A DNA stretch of 64,000 nt, taken from contig OX597832.1 in assembly GCA_951406725.2 (NCBI GenBank), positions 6,634,001-6,698,000 on the forward strand, read 5' to 3'. This document shows, one piece after another, positions 38,356-52,225 of the stretch. The position numbers were made by a program, and so were the translations under genes. Source of the stretch: Octopus vulgaris (lineage: Eukaryota). A model generated the notes under the pieces. That model had not been told where the DNA came from, did not search any database, and saw only the letters and a list, made by a program, of their open reading frames with translations. Position 1 is the stretch's first letter. Each line of letters starts with the position of its first letter.

Positions 38356-39624
38356 TATCAGGTTGAGTAAAAAGTAAGCAATGTTTTGAACCATGAAGAA
38401 TTTGTACTGGATGTTTGCAGAGTTTTGAATTTTTTTAAACATTTTTTGCAATTGTCTGATAATAGACTTGCCCAAATGCATCAATAAATTAACATTGATA
38501 TTTTTTTCACTGTTGTTACAATCATCTGAAATGGAACTGTCAAAGTATGATATTCAGCCAATTTTGCTATTCAACTTCAAAAAAGGATGTAAAGCAGCTG
38601 AAACTGCTCATGATGTCAACAAAATGTTTGATGAGGAAATGACCAGTGAGTAGTCAGCTCGAAAATGGTTTAAACAATTTTGCAGTGGAGACCTGAGCCT
38701 TGAAGTTTGTGAGCATAGTGGACGCCCATCTGTCATCGATGACAGTCAATTAAAGACCGTCATTGAGAAAGATCCACATAAAACCACTTGAGAACTGGCA
38801 AAGGAACTTCAAGTTAGCCAGAAAATTGCCTGCAACCATTTGCATACGACTGGAAAATGAAAAAAGTTCAACAAATGGGTACCACATGATTTGAATGAAA
38901 ATCAGAAAATGTGCAGATATGAAATTTGCTCGTTGCTTCATCTCCATACCAGACCAATCAATTTCTTGACTGTATTGTAATTTGCAATGAAAAGTGGACT
39001 CTGTACAATAATAAAGAATGTTCTTCGCAGTGGTTGGACCAAAATGAAGCACTGAAAATCTTCCCTAAACCTGAGCTCTTCAAAAAGAAACATTATGGTG
39101 ATTGTTTGGTAGTGTACTGCTGGACACTATAACTTCTTAAAACCTGGAAAAACCATAACTGCAGAAACATTGCCACAAAATTGCCAAAATGAATGAAAAA
39201 CTTCTACTCCTCTATCCCAGACTTGTCAACAGAAGAGGGCCAATCATTCTTCATGACAATGCTCGACCACACATTTCACTAATGATGCTCCAGAAGTAGA
39301 GGGAACTTGACTACAAAGTTCTTCCCCACCCAGCTTATTCCCCAAACCTTTTTCCTACTGACTAGAACTTTTTCAAGCACCTAGATGGTTTCCTGTGAGA
39401 GGAGTTCAAAAATCAAACCGATGTTGAAAGTGCATTCAAAGAGTTCATCAGCTCCAGAACTTCTGATTTTTATGTTACTGGAATAAACAAACTTGTAATT
39501 CATTGGTAAAAATGTGTTGATTGCAATGGTACTTACTTTAATGAATAAAATTTCCACATTCTTGGAATATATTGTGATGAATTTCATGTTTCAAAACCTT
39601 GCTTACTTTTCACTCAGCCTGATA
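38356..39624 (+). mobile_element. Full-length, decayed mariner DNA transposon
   Basis: TA TSDs; TIRs tcaggttgagtaaaaagtaagcaa / ttgcttacttttcactcagcctga; about 1.27 kb. Confidence 0.93.
38531..39548 (+). pseudogene. Mariner transposase pseudogene
   Basis: MELSKYDIQPILLFNFKKG..AAETA, SGRP, WVPHDL, IVICNEKW, LHDNARPH and HPAYSPNL motifs, with several stops and frameshifts. Confidence 0.92.
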
Positions 39625-40121
39625 TATCTGATATGATTGTTGATAGTGAAATAGATCCAGCAACTCTCTTGAAGAAATTCTAATAGTTTTTCATGATACT
39701 TTAAGCTTTTTAGGCTTTTTATAACACTGCAAGTCTTATGTAAATACCTACTATTTAACAAATTCATAGTGCTTTTATTTAATAACTGGACAAATAACAA
39801 TCTTAATTATCTAACCTGATGATTATTAGTTTTAATTTATAAAAGTGTAGTTTATTATAATGGATTTTTATTCTTTTTAAATAAAGATTCCTTCAGCTGT
39901 GTCTCATTAATAGCATTATACCAGAATAGGTTAACAGTATCAATTTAATTTTAGTTACCACCTTTGTTCATAGCCAAAATTGTAGTGGCTAATCAATTTT
40001 TGTTGTTGTTAGGTATTAGAGAATGTGTGATAGTATTCGGTCAGTGAAAAAAATATGAATGAAGCAAGTAATTAATTACACTAAATTACTTAATACATTG
40101 TGTTCTCATTTATTAATTTAG

Positions 40122-40280
40122 GGACAATGGATCCCAAAGACTTCTTACAAGAAGCTCAAATAATGAAGAAACTTCGACACAGCAAATTAATCCAATTGTA
40201 TGCTGTATGTACCCAGGATGAACCAATCTACATTGTAACTGAACTTATGAGAAATGGTAGTTTACTGGACTACTTACAAG
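40122..40280 (+). CDS. Src42A: Src42A/FRK-like exon: kinase subdomains III-V
   Basis: ttaatttag| and aag|gtaatt; encodes (G)[52 protein letters not shown](G); 159 nt, phase 1-1. Confidence 0.97.
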
Positions 40281-42545
40281 GTAATTCTTGCACATTGTTA
40301 TTAATATTTCCCAGAGGATTAAGTATATTTTGTATACACAATACATATATACACACTCAACTTCTGCACATTAATATTAGGTACAGCATATCCACACATG
40401 AGAAACCTTCCTCAAACATATATATGCAAACATGGTGAAATGCAAACATTTTTTTGAAAATTACAAAGGGATTTGTGACCAAGCAACAGCAGATAAGAAT
40501 TTATTCTTTCTAACTATTCATAGTGTACTCCTTGTTACTATGGCCAAGTTTGAAGGACATGGTCCTGTGCTGGAAGTTTTCTTTTTTTTTTTTATCTTGT
40601 TGATCAGGTTTTATTTGACCCATAAAAAGATTTGATTATCTCTATTGCAAATGCACACTGATCAGTAACACTTATAGCTTGAAAAACTCCTCCATCAGTG
40701 ATGAATTGACATCAGCTGAAGTGCCTTATCTTATTTATTCCAGCTTCTTGCATTCTGAGTTCAGTTCCCATTGAATTTCCAAGTCTATCTTTCAGCCTTT
40801 CATAAATAAAATGCTATTCTAAGGTAATGGAACAGCAAAATCATTAAAAGTATCAAGCAGGAAGTCTTTTAGTATTTGTTAGGGCTCTTTACATTCTGAG
40901 TTCAAATCCTAGTGTGGCCTATTTGAGTGCTACACTTAATCCATTATCCAGTTTAGCACCATTGCCTGGCCCACAGTTAACTTTACTTGATTCCACTCTG
41001 TTTGTCGCAAGTTTTCAGACACTACAAATATTCTTGAGTGCTACACAGTCTAGCCTTAACTTTTGTATCTATTGTCATGTGACTTGTTTCATTTCATAGA
41101 ATTATGATCATTTGAACCAAGCTATATGTTTTGCTTATCAATTACTTTTTTCCTGATTTAAAAACTTGGACATTTAACTCGAATCTACAAAGTTCAATTT
41201 TTCTACTGGTGTACTCAGATTTTCTCTTCAAAATGAGTACACAAGGAATTGATCAAGTAAAGTTAGCTGCAGTAGTATCTGTGTATAGTTTATTGAACAG
41301 ATTATTAACAGATATGATATAATTCTATTCAAATATAGTAAAATATATAACAGGTTTGAGGAATGTAACCCACTTCAATATTCGAAATGTTTATGCCTAA
41401 ATTCCATATTTGAACTTTGTATATTAATTTGCATATTTAATTAGATATTGAGCTGATTTTTTTGTTCTGAAAGATAGGGCAACACAAGTAACTATCATAC
41501 TGAGTTTGACCATTGAACTGCTCAGAACTTTTTTTCGTTTTCAAAAGGAATTACATGACTCTTAGGGAGAGGGTATGACAGTAGATCATAAAATTTCATT
41601 TATGCATACCAAGTGAATTTAGTCACTTTTTTTTACCATCTCTGGTTATGGATGAAATTTTTACTGTACACTACATTTCCAAATGTCTATTAAACAAATA
41701 CACAATAAGTTGCATATCTGATTTGTTTATAAACTGAAAATGAGTAGAAAAGGTGATACTCAGTGCATGTTTCCATCAATTTATGTCCCAAATTTGAGGT
41801 TTAAAATTACAAAAAATGCCAGATTGTATTTATTTACAATAAATCTAGAATTGGTGTTCAAAGTATACAAATTTTGACTGAATGAAACATATTACCAAAT
41901 TTTTGAAATGTGACCAGTTTTCTACATGTCCTACGTATCTGAGATTTTGTTCTACTATATATATATCTCGATATCTATCTATATACACACACACACACAC
42001 ACAAAAATTTTACTTTATGCAGAACTCAAAATATAACTTTGTACCTAACATAATACTAGATATGCAACAAATATATGTACATAAGCACAACCATTTCATT
42101 TTTCTATACTGATTATATAATACACTATATTTTGATGTCCTTAATCTCCATGCGTCATTCATCCCCATCTTTCTTTTTTTTTTACATAAAAATACTGGTT
42201 TATTTTTTCCTTTTGATTACGATTTGTTATGATGCAATTTTTAAAATATAGCAAAATTTTATTGAAAGAAATTTATTTACATCTAATTGTTAATAAAATA
42301 ATTTGGGGAAATTGTCTCTCAGTCTAATTAGCAACCAGCAGGATTTCTATGATAATTCAGATATTAATTATTATTATTATATTATTACTGATAGTGAATG
42401 TAAAATCAGAAAGTTTGGACTAGTTCATGCATTAACTATTTTATGTTATTCATGTCAGTGGATTCAGTTTGTTGTTTCAACAAAGCTGATAGAATGCTGA
42501 TACTTCACAGTTTGAAGAAATTATTATTATTATTATTATTATTAT

Positions 42546-42870
42546 TGGTGGCGAGCCAGCAGCATTTCATCCATCTTTACATTCTGAATTCAAATTCTGC
42601 TGAGGTGAACTTTGCTTTTCATCCTTTCGGGGATCAAGCCAGCATCCAGTACCCTCTGTAAAATAGTTGACATCAGAGAGGGCATCCAGCTTTAGAAGTC
42701 AAACCAAAACAGATTATGGAATCTGATGCAGCTCTTGGCCTTGCCAGCTCCTGTCAAGCCATCCAACTCATTCCAGCTTCGAGAACGGACATTAAATGAT
42801 GATGATGATGATGATTGAACACTGAGATCAATGTAATCAACTATCACCTCCACCAAAATTATCATTATTA
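42546..42870 (+). mobile_element. SINE family N interrupted by an RTE tail (about 42645-42815)
   Basis: Family N core ctttgcttttcatcctttcgggg, then gagggcatccagc...(GAT)n, then gaacactgagatcaatgtaatc resumes the SINE. Confidence 0.7.
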
Positions 42871-42969
42871 AAGAATCTCTTCTTTGATCTTTTTTTTTTT
42901 TTTAATCTGAATCCTTGCCCATTTAGGTTTAGTAGATCTCTGTCTAAAATTTTACACCTTCAAGATAAT

Positions 42970-43250
42970 CTTCAAAAGCATGTTGGAACATCACCAAAGA
43001 GAATATGATAAAAAGTACAGGAACTGAAACAGCCCTGTTTAGTTCCAGTGGAAACGGAAAATGCCTTTGACTGCTAGATATCACTGTTGCCATCCTTCCT
43101 TCATGCTAAGATACTATTACCCTTATTGTTTTATCAAGCAGACCAACTTTTGGCAAAATTTTCCAAAGCCCTTCATGATTCACTGTATCAAACGTCTTGG
43201 TCAAGTCAATGAAGACCATATAACAGTCAGTATTTTGCTCACACAGGTCA
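42970..43250 (-). pseudogene. RTE-BovB-like RT fragment
   Basis: CEQNTDCYMVFIDLTKTFDTVNHEGLWKILPKVG resembles the RTE motif FIDLxKAFDTVxREGLWKIL. Confidence 0.85.
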
Positions 43251-45365
43251 TCTAGATCATATAAAAAGTTCAGATGTCTAAATTCCATTATGAAGTCATA
43301 GGCAAGATTTCTGAGGATTTTTTTCTTTGTTAATTTTGCAACACTTGATTGAGGCTTTTTTTTTTATATTCTACATTGTTAAAAATGTTTTGAGCATTCC
43401 GTCATATTAACTCTCATAGTCATTTGATATTTATATTTTCTCTTTAAACAAAAACAAATACATTTTGCTTCATTTTTAAGCAACAAATTTAATAGAAACA
43501 TTTATTTGAACTTTAATTTTGACATAGCTTTGATTTGAATTCCAGGCTTCCTATGTATATACTCATTCTTTGTTGCACCTGCCTCCATCATGTTTTTGCC
43601 TAATAAGAGAAGTTTTCATTTCACTAAATAGGAAATAAAGAACTCATTACCAGGATTGGCAAGACAGAATTTTCTCCTTAAGTTCTAGTAACAACTGCTA
43701 CTAATTAAATCACATATTTACTGGAGAAACTACTAAATAACCAAACCTCTCAGTCCTATAGAGCACTGTTGGATATCAATCTGATGTCACATAACTAGCT
43801 CTCCAGTTTACTATCACTGAAAAATGTTATCACAGCATAAATTGTTGATAACATATTATATAATGAGAAGCGAAACAAATATTATTCCATGTTTTCAGTT
43901 AATACTTAGCAGCAGAGAGAATAAAGTATCAACCTTTGAAATGTGGCACTGTGAGCTTGTATTATATCAGTGGTATTGGGCTAAGCTATAGATAAATCAG
44001 TTAAGCAAAAATAAAGAAATGACTTCTATTATTTTTTATTCTACCTATTAGGAAATTATCTTTTATTCCCATTTCATAATCGATTGCATAATGACATAAA
44101 ATGCGTCATTTGTAAAAGGTGTCAAAAGTTCATGCAGATATCCAAAATTGCTGATCTATCTCAAATGGAAAATATCTAGATAAAAGCATTTTATATCAGT
44201 CTTCAATTTTGGTTTAGACTTTCTGAAGAGAAAAAAGCTATGCTTGTGGTTTTGTTAGATTATCCTAGACTGAAGATATAAATAAAACCCAACCAATTCA
44301 AATTCAATTTGAATTTTTGTCAGGTTAATGATTGAGATACATAGATATGTAAGTTCTAGGACTAGAGACTGAGGGCTCTACATTAGATTACTTCATATAA
44401 AGAAACTAAATATTTATTAATCCAGACCAGTGAATGACAATATTTGTGGTATAGTTCCACATCAAAGTAACAGTTCTCTTTAATAGTGCTTGTCTTCAGT
44501 TGTTGATAAGAACAAACAATTTGGGATGTTAACATTTAAAATTTGAGTCATTTTTCAAATTGATTTCATTATATACACTTGCGATACACCAATCATTAAG
44601 TGATTTTAAGTGTACAAATAAACTAGAATTTTAACTCTAAACAGAGAGAATAACTTCTCACTAATTTCCTTGCATCACAAATTGGAAACAGTTTACTTTG
44701 GACATGTATCAAGTACTTTAGTTACTTCATAAATTAATTGAATATGCTAAAGTTTTATTTATTCATGTAAACATGTAACATATCTGCATATCCATAGACG
44801 TTTTTGTTCACTCCCATTGTGCTTCACTTCTCCCTCATCTCCCCAAATTCTCTTTCTTTCTCTCTCAATGATGTATCTTATTTCGATATCAGTGTATCAT
44901 TTTCGCTTTGCTTTTCAGCTAAAATGATTTATAACTGCAAAATCAGATATATTAATTAATATTTGAAACTAATTTCAAATATTGTTCTTTGTTGAACTTA
45001 TATCTTTACTATATTTATTTTTTCATCATCAAAATATTTCCAATATTTCAGGTTCAAGATTTCTTTCACTGAAAGATTTTATTAAAAATTTAAATATCCC
45101 TTATCATTCATTTAAAAAAAAGCCTTTTTTTAAAAAATTATTTTTCAAGTTCTATCCAATAAACTTAAACTGATGACTTATTTCTCATTTTTTCACAAAC
45201 AGTCTATGAGACATATAAACACATATTATTTATGCCATTTTATTTCTTTTGTTTTGTAAAGTGTGGACAAGCCTTTTTAACTACATTCTCTTTTCTTTTT
45301 TTTTATTTTCTTTTAATTCTCTAATCACCCTGATTAATGACGTATGATGATGGTTACTCACCTAG

Positions 45366-45374
45366 TGTCGGCAG
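45366..45374 (+). CDS. Candidate 9-nt microexon of the kinase gene (adds VSA)
   Basis: cctag|TGTCGGCAG|gtaagt; no AG between 45272 and 45363; upstream ttttaac plus a long pyrimidine tract; in frame at phase 1. Confidence 0.5.
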
Positions 45375-48300
45375 GTAAGTGACTGTAGAGGTGTGATAAC
45401 ACTAAAAAGTACTTAGCGCAGAAGACCAGAATAAGATTCCTGCTTATGCTATGAAAATCTACTACACTATAAGGTTTTCTCATTAAGTTTTGCATTGGAA
45501 TTTCATTCTTTCATGCACACACTACATTACTTACACGATCTGTAGACATTGCACTGCATTATATGAACAACAAACTCTTTATGAATTCTATTACCTCATC
45601 CAAATTACATTATCTTTATCTATGACATTATATAGCAAATATACATTGCAAAACATTTATAAATTATATTAGAATATTCCTATATTTTGTTGCACTATAT
45701 TGTCGACATACATGATCTACATGCATCAAATTACATATCATATAAGCTGGTAGAAATAAGCCTCTTAATAGAAAACAAGATGACATGCTATTGAATATCA
45801 ATTTTAGTAACATCTTGATTGACTATACATGTATATATTTTATAAATGTATACATTTTATAAATGTGTATTGAGAATCTGTATGATTCAATTGATAAATA
45901 CATCTTACAGATTTGAAATCTTATGCTTATGTGAAAATTTCTTTGAAACTATTTACTTTATTAAAATAGCTTTTCAGAATAAAATTATTAACATTTAGAT
46001 ACAAAGAAACAGGAAAAAAGAGAGATAAAGAAAAAAAAAAAGAAAAGGGTGAGGTATAGCAGCAGTAGATAGGAGGGGGAAATTGGCCACATACCCCAGA
46101 ACAAATTGTGTACTCAGTTGTACCCGTGACAGCATTGCCTTGGAGAATAGCCAGCAACACTCACTGCAGCAGCCACTTCCGGCTCACAGAGCTCATTACT
46201 CCAACAGACTGTCATTATCCCTATTTGGTGGAGGAAGTCTGTAGTACAGGGTCCTCGAACATCTGACGTCTGGACAGCAACTGGCTCAGTCTGATAGCGG
46301 CTGGTCAAGCCCTTATATTTATTGATCAAAATTATCATTGTAAATAATACCATACTGATGCTTATCAATCAGTTATTCAAATCTTGCAAAGAACAGCATA
46401 GTATAATTCCAATTTTGAGCTGAGATTTAGATGTTCATCCTACCAAGGGAAACTTTCTAATGAATGCCAGTATACATTATATGTATTCTCATTTTAGATA
46501 TATTTCTATGTATGCTTGTCAGGCTAAAAACAGAAGAACCACAATATGACACATAGCTTTACCTTTTTTCAAGATTAATCTTTAAAAAAAAGGAACTTTA
46601 ATGTCTCATCATCCTGGAATTTTTGTTAAAAACTTACCTAAATTTTAGTTCCTACATTGACTTTCAATTACATACTGATAAATAAAACAAATATACAACT
46701 TAAATAGTGCAATTACCCTCATATGTACATGCAACTACAAACAGATAAAGCAAAGAAAACATGCAAACACCCGTAATCATGACTATACAGATTAGACCAA
46801 CAAAGCAAACATCTATACTAATGCAAAGAAAAAAAGAAATGCCTAACCTCATATACATACTTATCACACTAACAGTAGTTTAAATGATTGTGCTTGTCAG
46901 CAATCACTAGTAGAGCTTTGAAACTCTAGTATAATGAGGTGTGTTTGTGTTGTGATAAACAACTAACTCTCAATCTCTCTCTCTCTCTCTCTTATCCAGC
47001 AGACAAACATTCAGCACGTTTTTTTGCTTATCTTCTCTTGCCAAACACATCTCAATCTTTCTCTACTGCTCTCCTCATCATTATCATCATCATAATTATC
47101 ATTACCAGCAGCTGTATTAGTACCATCTACATTGCTTCTTTGATTATTAGATTAATTAAAACTAATACACTCCTCATAACTTTTGCCTTTGTGATAAGAT
47201 TGCTGCCAAACAAGTTTCTTTTCACATATTCTGAGAGTTGATCTTAAGTTCTTATTAGACTTGAAACTCACTGAAATCTAGTTTGGCACAAAAACTGGTA
47301 TAGTGTAGCGGGTCCTCTTCATTTTACTGACTACAATTACAGACTATTAGTAGTTAAGGTAAACAAATAACAATGTTGACAATATGGTTATTGCTTGCTA
47401 TTGTTAACATTGCTCTTTAGTTCCTTGTTAGTTTGCTGAAAATGAGCATATATTGATGCTGTCATAACCATAATTACAATTACTCTTTATCATTATAATC
47501 ATCTTCAATATTACAGTTAGTGCTATCTTCAACAGAACGTCACTCTCTTTAATGTCATTACCACTACCATCATCATCATCATCGTTATCATTACTACTAT
47601 TGCTACTGCATATTTCTGACACTTTATTTTATTCTGCTGTATTTTTTCCTCCCTTTTTAATTCTATTTCCAGTTTTTCCTTGTTTTGGTTCTTTTGTCCA
47701 GCTTTCTTTTTTTGGTGATGGAATATTTTGATGAAAAAAAAAATTTTTACTTTAAAAGCCTTTATTAATCTAAACTGAATATTTGAAAAGATACTCCAAA
47801 CAAAATATTGCTCATTAATCAAGCATTTAAATGATTGTCTCCTTAGGTTTGTAGCTATAGAAAAAGAATTTAGTTTAATGATTTCATATTTTTAAAAAGT
47901 GTTGCATCATCCACTATACTTTTTCTTTTCCTTTTAAATATTTGGAAATGTAGTGATGAGTTTCTGATTATATTAAAACTCAGGTGCTATATTGTTAATT
48001 AATTCTCATGTTTTTCTACAGATATATAGGCAATCAATTGTAGTTAATAGTATTTATGTTATAGTATTGTCTATTTAGTTGTTGAAAAAAGATTAAAGAG
48101 AGAGTGCACAGGACTGGAAAGTTCCCATGTCAGCATTGAAAATGATCAGCTGAAATACTTGGGCACTTGTGTAAGAACTTCCCAATTCTATCACCATTCG
48201 TATCAGGTCCCAAAGGGTGCATTTTTTACCAGTGAGATGAGGTGGGGGTTTGAACTCCAAGTGTAGAAAGCTAGAACAGTTACATAATTGTTCCATACAA

Positions 48301-49419
48301 ACATGTTGTTTGTATGAAGAATGTTAGTCATTTATAATTTGATCATATTCTTCAAAATCCTTTAGACTAACTGAGAATACTGTCATGGTAACTATTCTAG
48401 TGTAGCAGATAAGTAACTTAAGGGGGAAATTCATAAACTCGTGCCATAGGTGTAAACATTAATAATACCCAGTAACTAAGACACCCACATTGCTTATATT
48501 AAAATTCCTAAGTATTTATAAATTAGATATAAAACTTCTTCATGCTGTCATTCCACGTTTTTCTCTTCCCACTTTCAAAGTCTGTGGTTAGAATATTTAT
48601 ATTTGAATCAGATACAAATTTTTATTTCCCTCTCCTCTGATTTTACCCATGCAAAAACCACTAATATAGTACTTGTTCTTTAAAATAGGAAAATTATAAC
48701 ATTTCCATTTAGTTTAGATTCCATAGAAGGCTCATTTTTAATCATCTTTCCAAGATCACTGGATGTTATGGAGCAACATTAAAATAGCTTCGCACGTGCA
48801 TGAAGTGTTCTGTGATGTGGTAACTGCTTCTTGGTTGATGAACAGAAATTATTAACCAGGCATTCTGTGAATATTCCAAAAAACTTTCATTTTTCAGACC
48901 TTGTCATATACAATATGGTTTCTATTTTCAAAAAGGATATCTTGATTTTAGTCTGTATTTCTGGCCTGATTTTTATCTTTCTTTTTTTCTTTTCTTTTTC
49001 AATTAATCAATTATTTTAGTAACTTATTTATTTCAGTCACTATACCTTTAAATAATTGCCATCAAGAAAAATTAATATTTATTTAATAAAGTTAATTAAT
49101 TTAAAATATAATTTTGAAAAAATAAAAGAAAGATTTTCTAATATCTTTAACTTTTAAAAGTTAAGCTTCTAGTAAGCCTTATAATTTCAATACATTCTTT
49201 TATATAACTTGAACACCATCATGAAAACCTTAGGTTAATAAACTCCTCTGCAATTAATACAACTAATTATTACTGGTATCATTAATTGGGTTTATAACTG
49301 GGAGAACTGATATCAATATTAGTAGTGAGAATTGGCAATTGTTTCAGTTAATTGACTAACTAAAAATTAAATGTAAACTAATTACCTACCAGTACTAGGA
49401 TATACCAACTTTACTATTT

Positions 49420-49760
49420 TTTTTACTGCTTTTAGTTATTAGGCTGCAGCTTAATAGGACACTAGTTTTTAGTCAATTGCATTGTCCTAGACCCTCTGCC
49501 AGCAAATAGTCTGGTACTTATTTTATTGACCCCTTGTGAAGAGAAAAGTCCGTTATGTTTGCATGGAAGATAACTCAGTTGATCATGAATACTACAATGT
49601 GTTCCTATTCAATGCACTGTTTTTGTTCCCTTCATGTTGGGGCTTCTGCACAGTTTCCACTTAACAAATTCCATTTATAAAATATTGGTGAAACTGAGGC
49701 TATGGTAGAAGTCACTTACCCAAGGTGCTGTGTAGTGGAATCAAACCCAGAGCCATGCTG
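49420..49760 (-). mobile_element. Degenerate SINE family C
   Basis: gggcttctgcacagtttcc...ggctatggtagaagtcacttacccaaggtgc is the reverse complement of the family C head. Confidence 0.65.
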
Positions 49761-49935
49761 CTGCTCATTTAGTAACCCATCTCATATTCTTAATAGTGTG
49801 TTGTTTAGTTACTATTACAGTGCATAATTACCCCAAGTTTTGTCTTCAGTTACCTACAAGTAACAAAGTAACAACAAATAAGAAAAACTTTCAATTCAGT
49901 TGAAATGTCTCCTTCTCTCTCTGTAAATACCATTG

Positions 49936-50330
49936 TCATTTAACATCTGCTTTCCATGCTGGTATGGGTTAGAATGGCTTGACTGGAACTGGTAAGCTGA
50001 AGAGCTATACCAGGTTCTAGTCTGAATTTGGTTTGGTTTCTATGGCTGGATGCCCTTCCTAACACCAACCACTCTGAGAGTGTAGTGAGTACCTTTTACG
50101 TGTTGCCTGCAATGCCCACAACTACGATTTCACTTGGCTTGACAAGTCTTCTCTAGCACAGCAAATCAACAAAGGTCATGATCACTTGTCATCACCTCTG
50201 TGAGGCCCTACATTCGGAGATCATGCTTCATCACCACGTCCCATGTCTTGTTGGGTCTACCTCTTCCACAGGTTCCCTCCACAGTTAGAGATCAGCACTT
50301 CTGTATGCAGCTCTCCTTGTCCATCTCTCT
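49936..50330 (-). mobile_element. RTE 3' end (ORF end plus tail)
   Basis: Minus strand encodes EGTCGRGRPNKTWDVVMKHDLR, followed by the tail gtggttggtgttaggaagggcatccagcc. Confidence 0.9.
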
Positions 50331-50373
50331 GTAAATATATATATATAATGTGTGTGTGTGTGTGTTTCTGTAG

Positions 50374-50431
<58 letters not shown>

Positions 50432-50539
50432 ATCACATGACCGACCAGACCATCAGATGTTGTTACACATCGCTGGTCACAATGTGTTCGCATTGTTTTA
50501 GCCTTCGAATGACGCCACCCCGCTGGCTAAGTGAGCAGG

Positions 50540-50585
<46 letters not shown>

Positions 50586-50983
50586 TTATTTTGGTTTCAC
50601 TTGTAGATACACAGAATTATAATTTCACTTACTTAAGATTAACACCTCAGTCATTTCTACTACTTTATTATCATTAAAATATAAAAAAATACTAATGCCA
50701 GTATTATCATAAAAAAGGGGATGTAGTTAACTTTTTGCTACACAGACATGCCAGCATGCCTTCAAAAGATATTAGTATTAAATCCATTTGAAATTACTAG
50801 AGTTTCTTTTTTTGTCTTTTGTTCTTTTTTTTTTTTGCTGCTTTTTTTCCAGTGATGATTCAAACATCTCACAATGGTCAAATTTGGGGAGTTATTAAAT
50901 AATGGTTTTCTTTTTTTTTTTTTAATCTTAATTTTTACTTTATTTTTATCTTTTGTCCTGCTTTTTGCATATTTAATTGTTAG

Positions 50984-51004
50984 TTAACATTGCAGTTTAT
51001 GATG
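50984..51004 (+). CDS. Candidate 9-nt (50996-51004, VYD) or 21-nt (VNIAVYD) microexon
   Basis: ttgcag|TTTATGATG|gtaagt, with an alternative in-frame acceptor gttag| at 50983. Upstream T-rich tract contains TGC motifs. Confidence 0.5.
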
Positions 51005-51844
51005 GTAAGTGTGCTATTTTGTATTCGTTGAGAACTAATCTAAACTTCAACAAGTTGTTAATTATTATTGTTAAATGCAGTTTGAACCAAAACAAAATGA
51101 TGACTTGTTATTGTTTTGCTTCACTTTTTTCACTGGCTTTTTTTTGAAAGTTTTTCACTTGTTGGAAATGAAGATGTTGTAACATAAGTTTTTGCTATTC
51201 ATGTTTTCATTAACTTTGTTTTCCTCCATCAATATTGAAAAGCTTGGAACTGGTTTACTAACTTTTAACTTTTGTTTATCTCTCTTAGTATGAAACACTG
51301 CTAGAATATTGTTTTAAAATGTTTGCTTACTCATGTACTAATATTATTATATTCACATTTCTAAATTGATAAAATGTTTGTGCTTATTACCTCCTATTTA
51401 ATTGTACTTATATAGCAACTGTTATTATCTTCCTGGTAATTATAGGATGGGTTAGATAGGTTTAACAACTTGTCAATTATATGGAGTGGTGACATATTAA
51501 AAAACAGCATTCTTTTGTAGTCAAACGGGTATTAACTATATATTAATCCTCAAATTAGATTTTGGGATTTGTTTATGCCAATTGCCTAACAATAAAAGCA
51601 TTAACTTCCTCTGGGGCCTTATTTAATACATCAGAACTTATGACGTGAAAAGAGTGTTTTTCATTTGTTTTTCTGCTACTAAAACATTTTGCAAATAAAG
51701 GGAGTCAATTTTCTCAATTTCTCAACGTAACATTTTCTTTCGTAAAACTGAACAACCTTCTTGATTTCATCTTAAATGTAAGCTTCCCTTTTGTAATAAT
51801 GTTTAGTTGTTTCACATTGTTTAAAGAATAAATCACAGACATTG

Positions 51845-52225
51845 GCATGGTTATGTGCTAAGAAGTTTTGCTTCCCAGCCACATGGTTCCAGGTTCAGCA
51901 CCACTGCATGGTAACTTGCAAGTGTCTTCTATAGCCCTAGCCAAGTGTCTTCTATAACCCTAGGCCAACCAGAGCCTTCTGGGTGGATTTGGTAGATGGA
52001 AACTGTTGTGTATGTGTTTATATATGTGTGTGTTTGTGTTTTTCCCCTCACTCCACCACTTGACAACAGGTGCTTGCTTGTTTATGTCCCTGTAACTTAG
52101 TGGTTCAGCAAAAGATATTAATAGAATAGGTAACAAAAATAATAAGTACTGGGGTCAATTTGTTCCAATAAACCCTTCAAGGCAGAGCTCCAGTATGGCC
52201 ACAGACCAATGACTGAAACAAATAA
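51845..52225 (+). mobile_element. SINE family C, near full length
   Basis: Aligns along its length with 57867-58322; small internal duplication of caagtgtcttctata. Confidence 0.85.
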
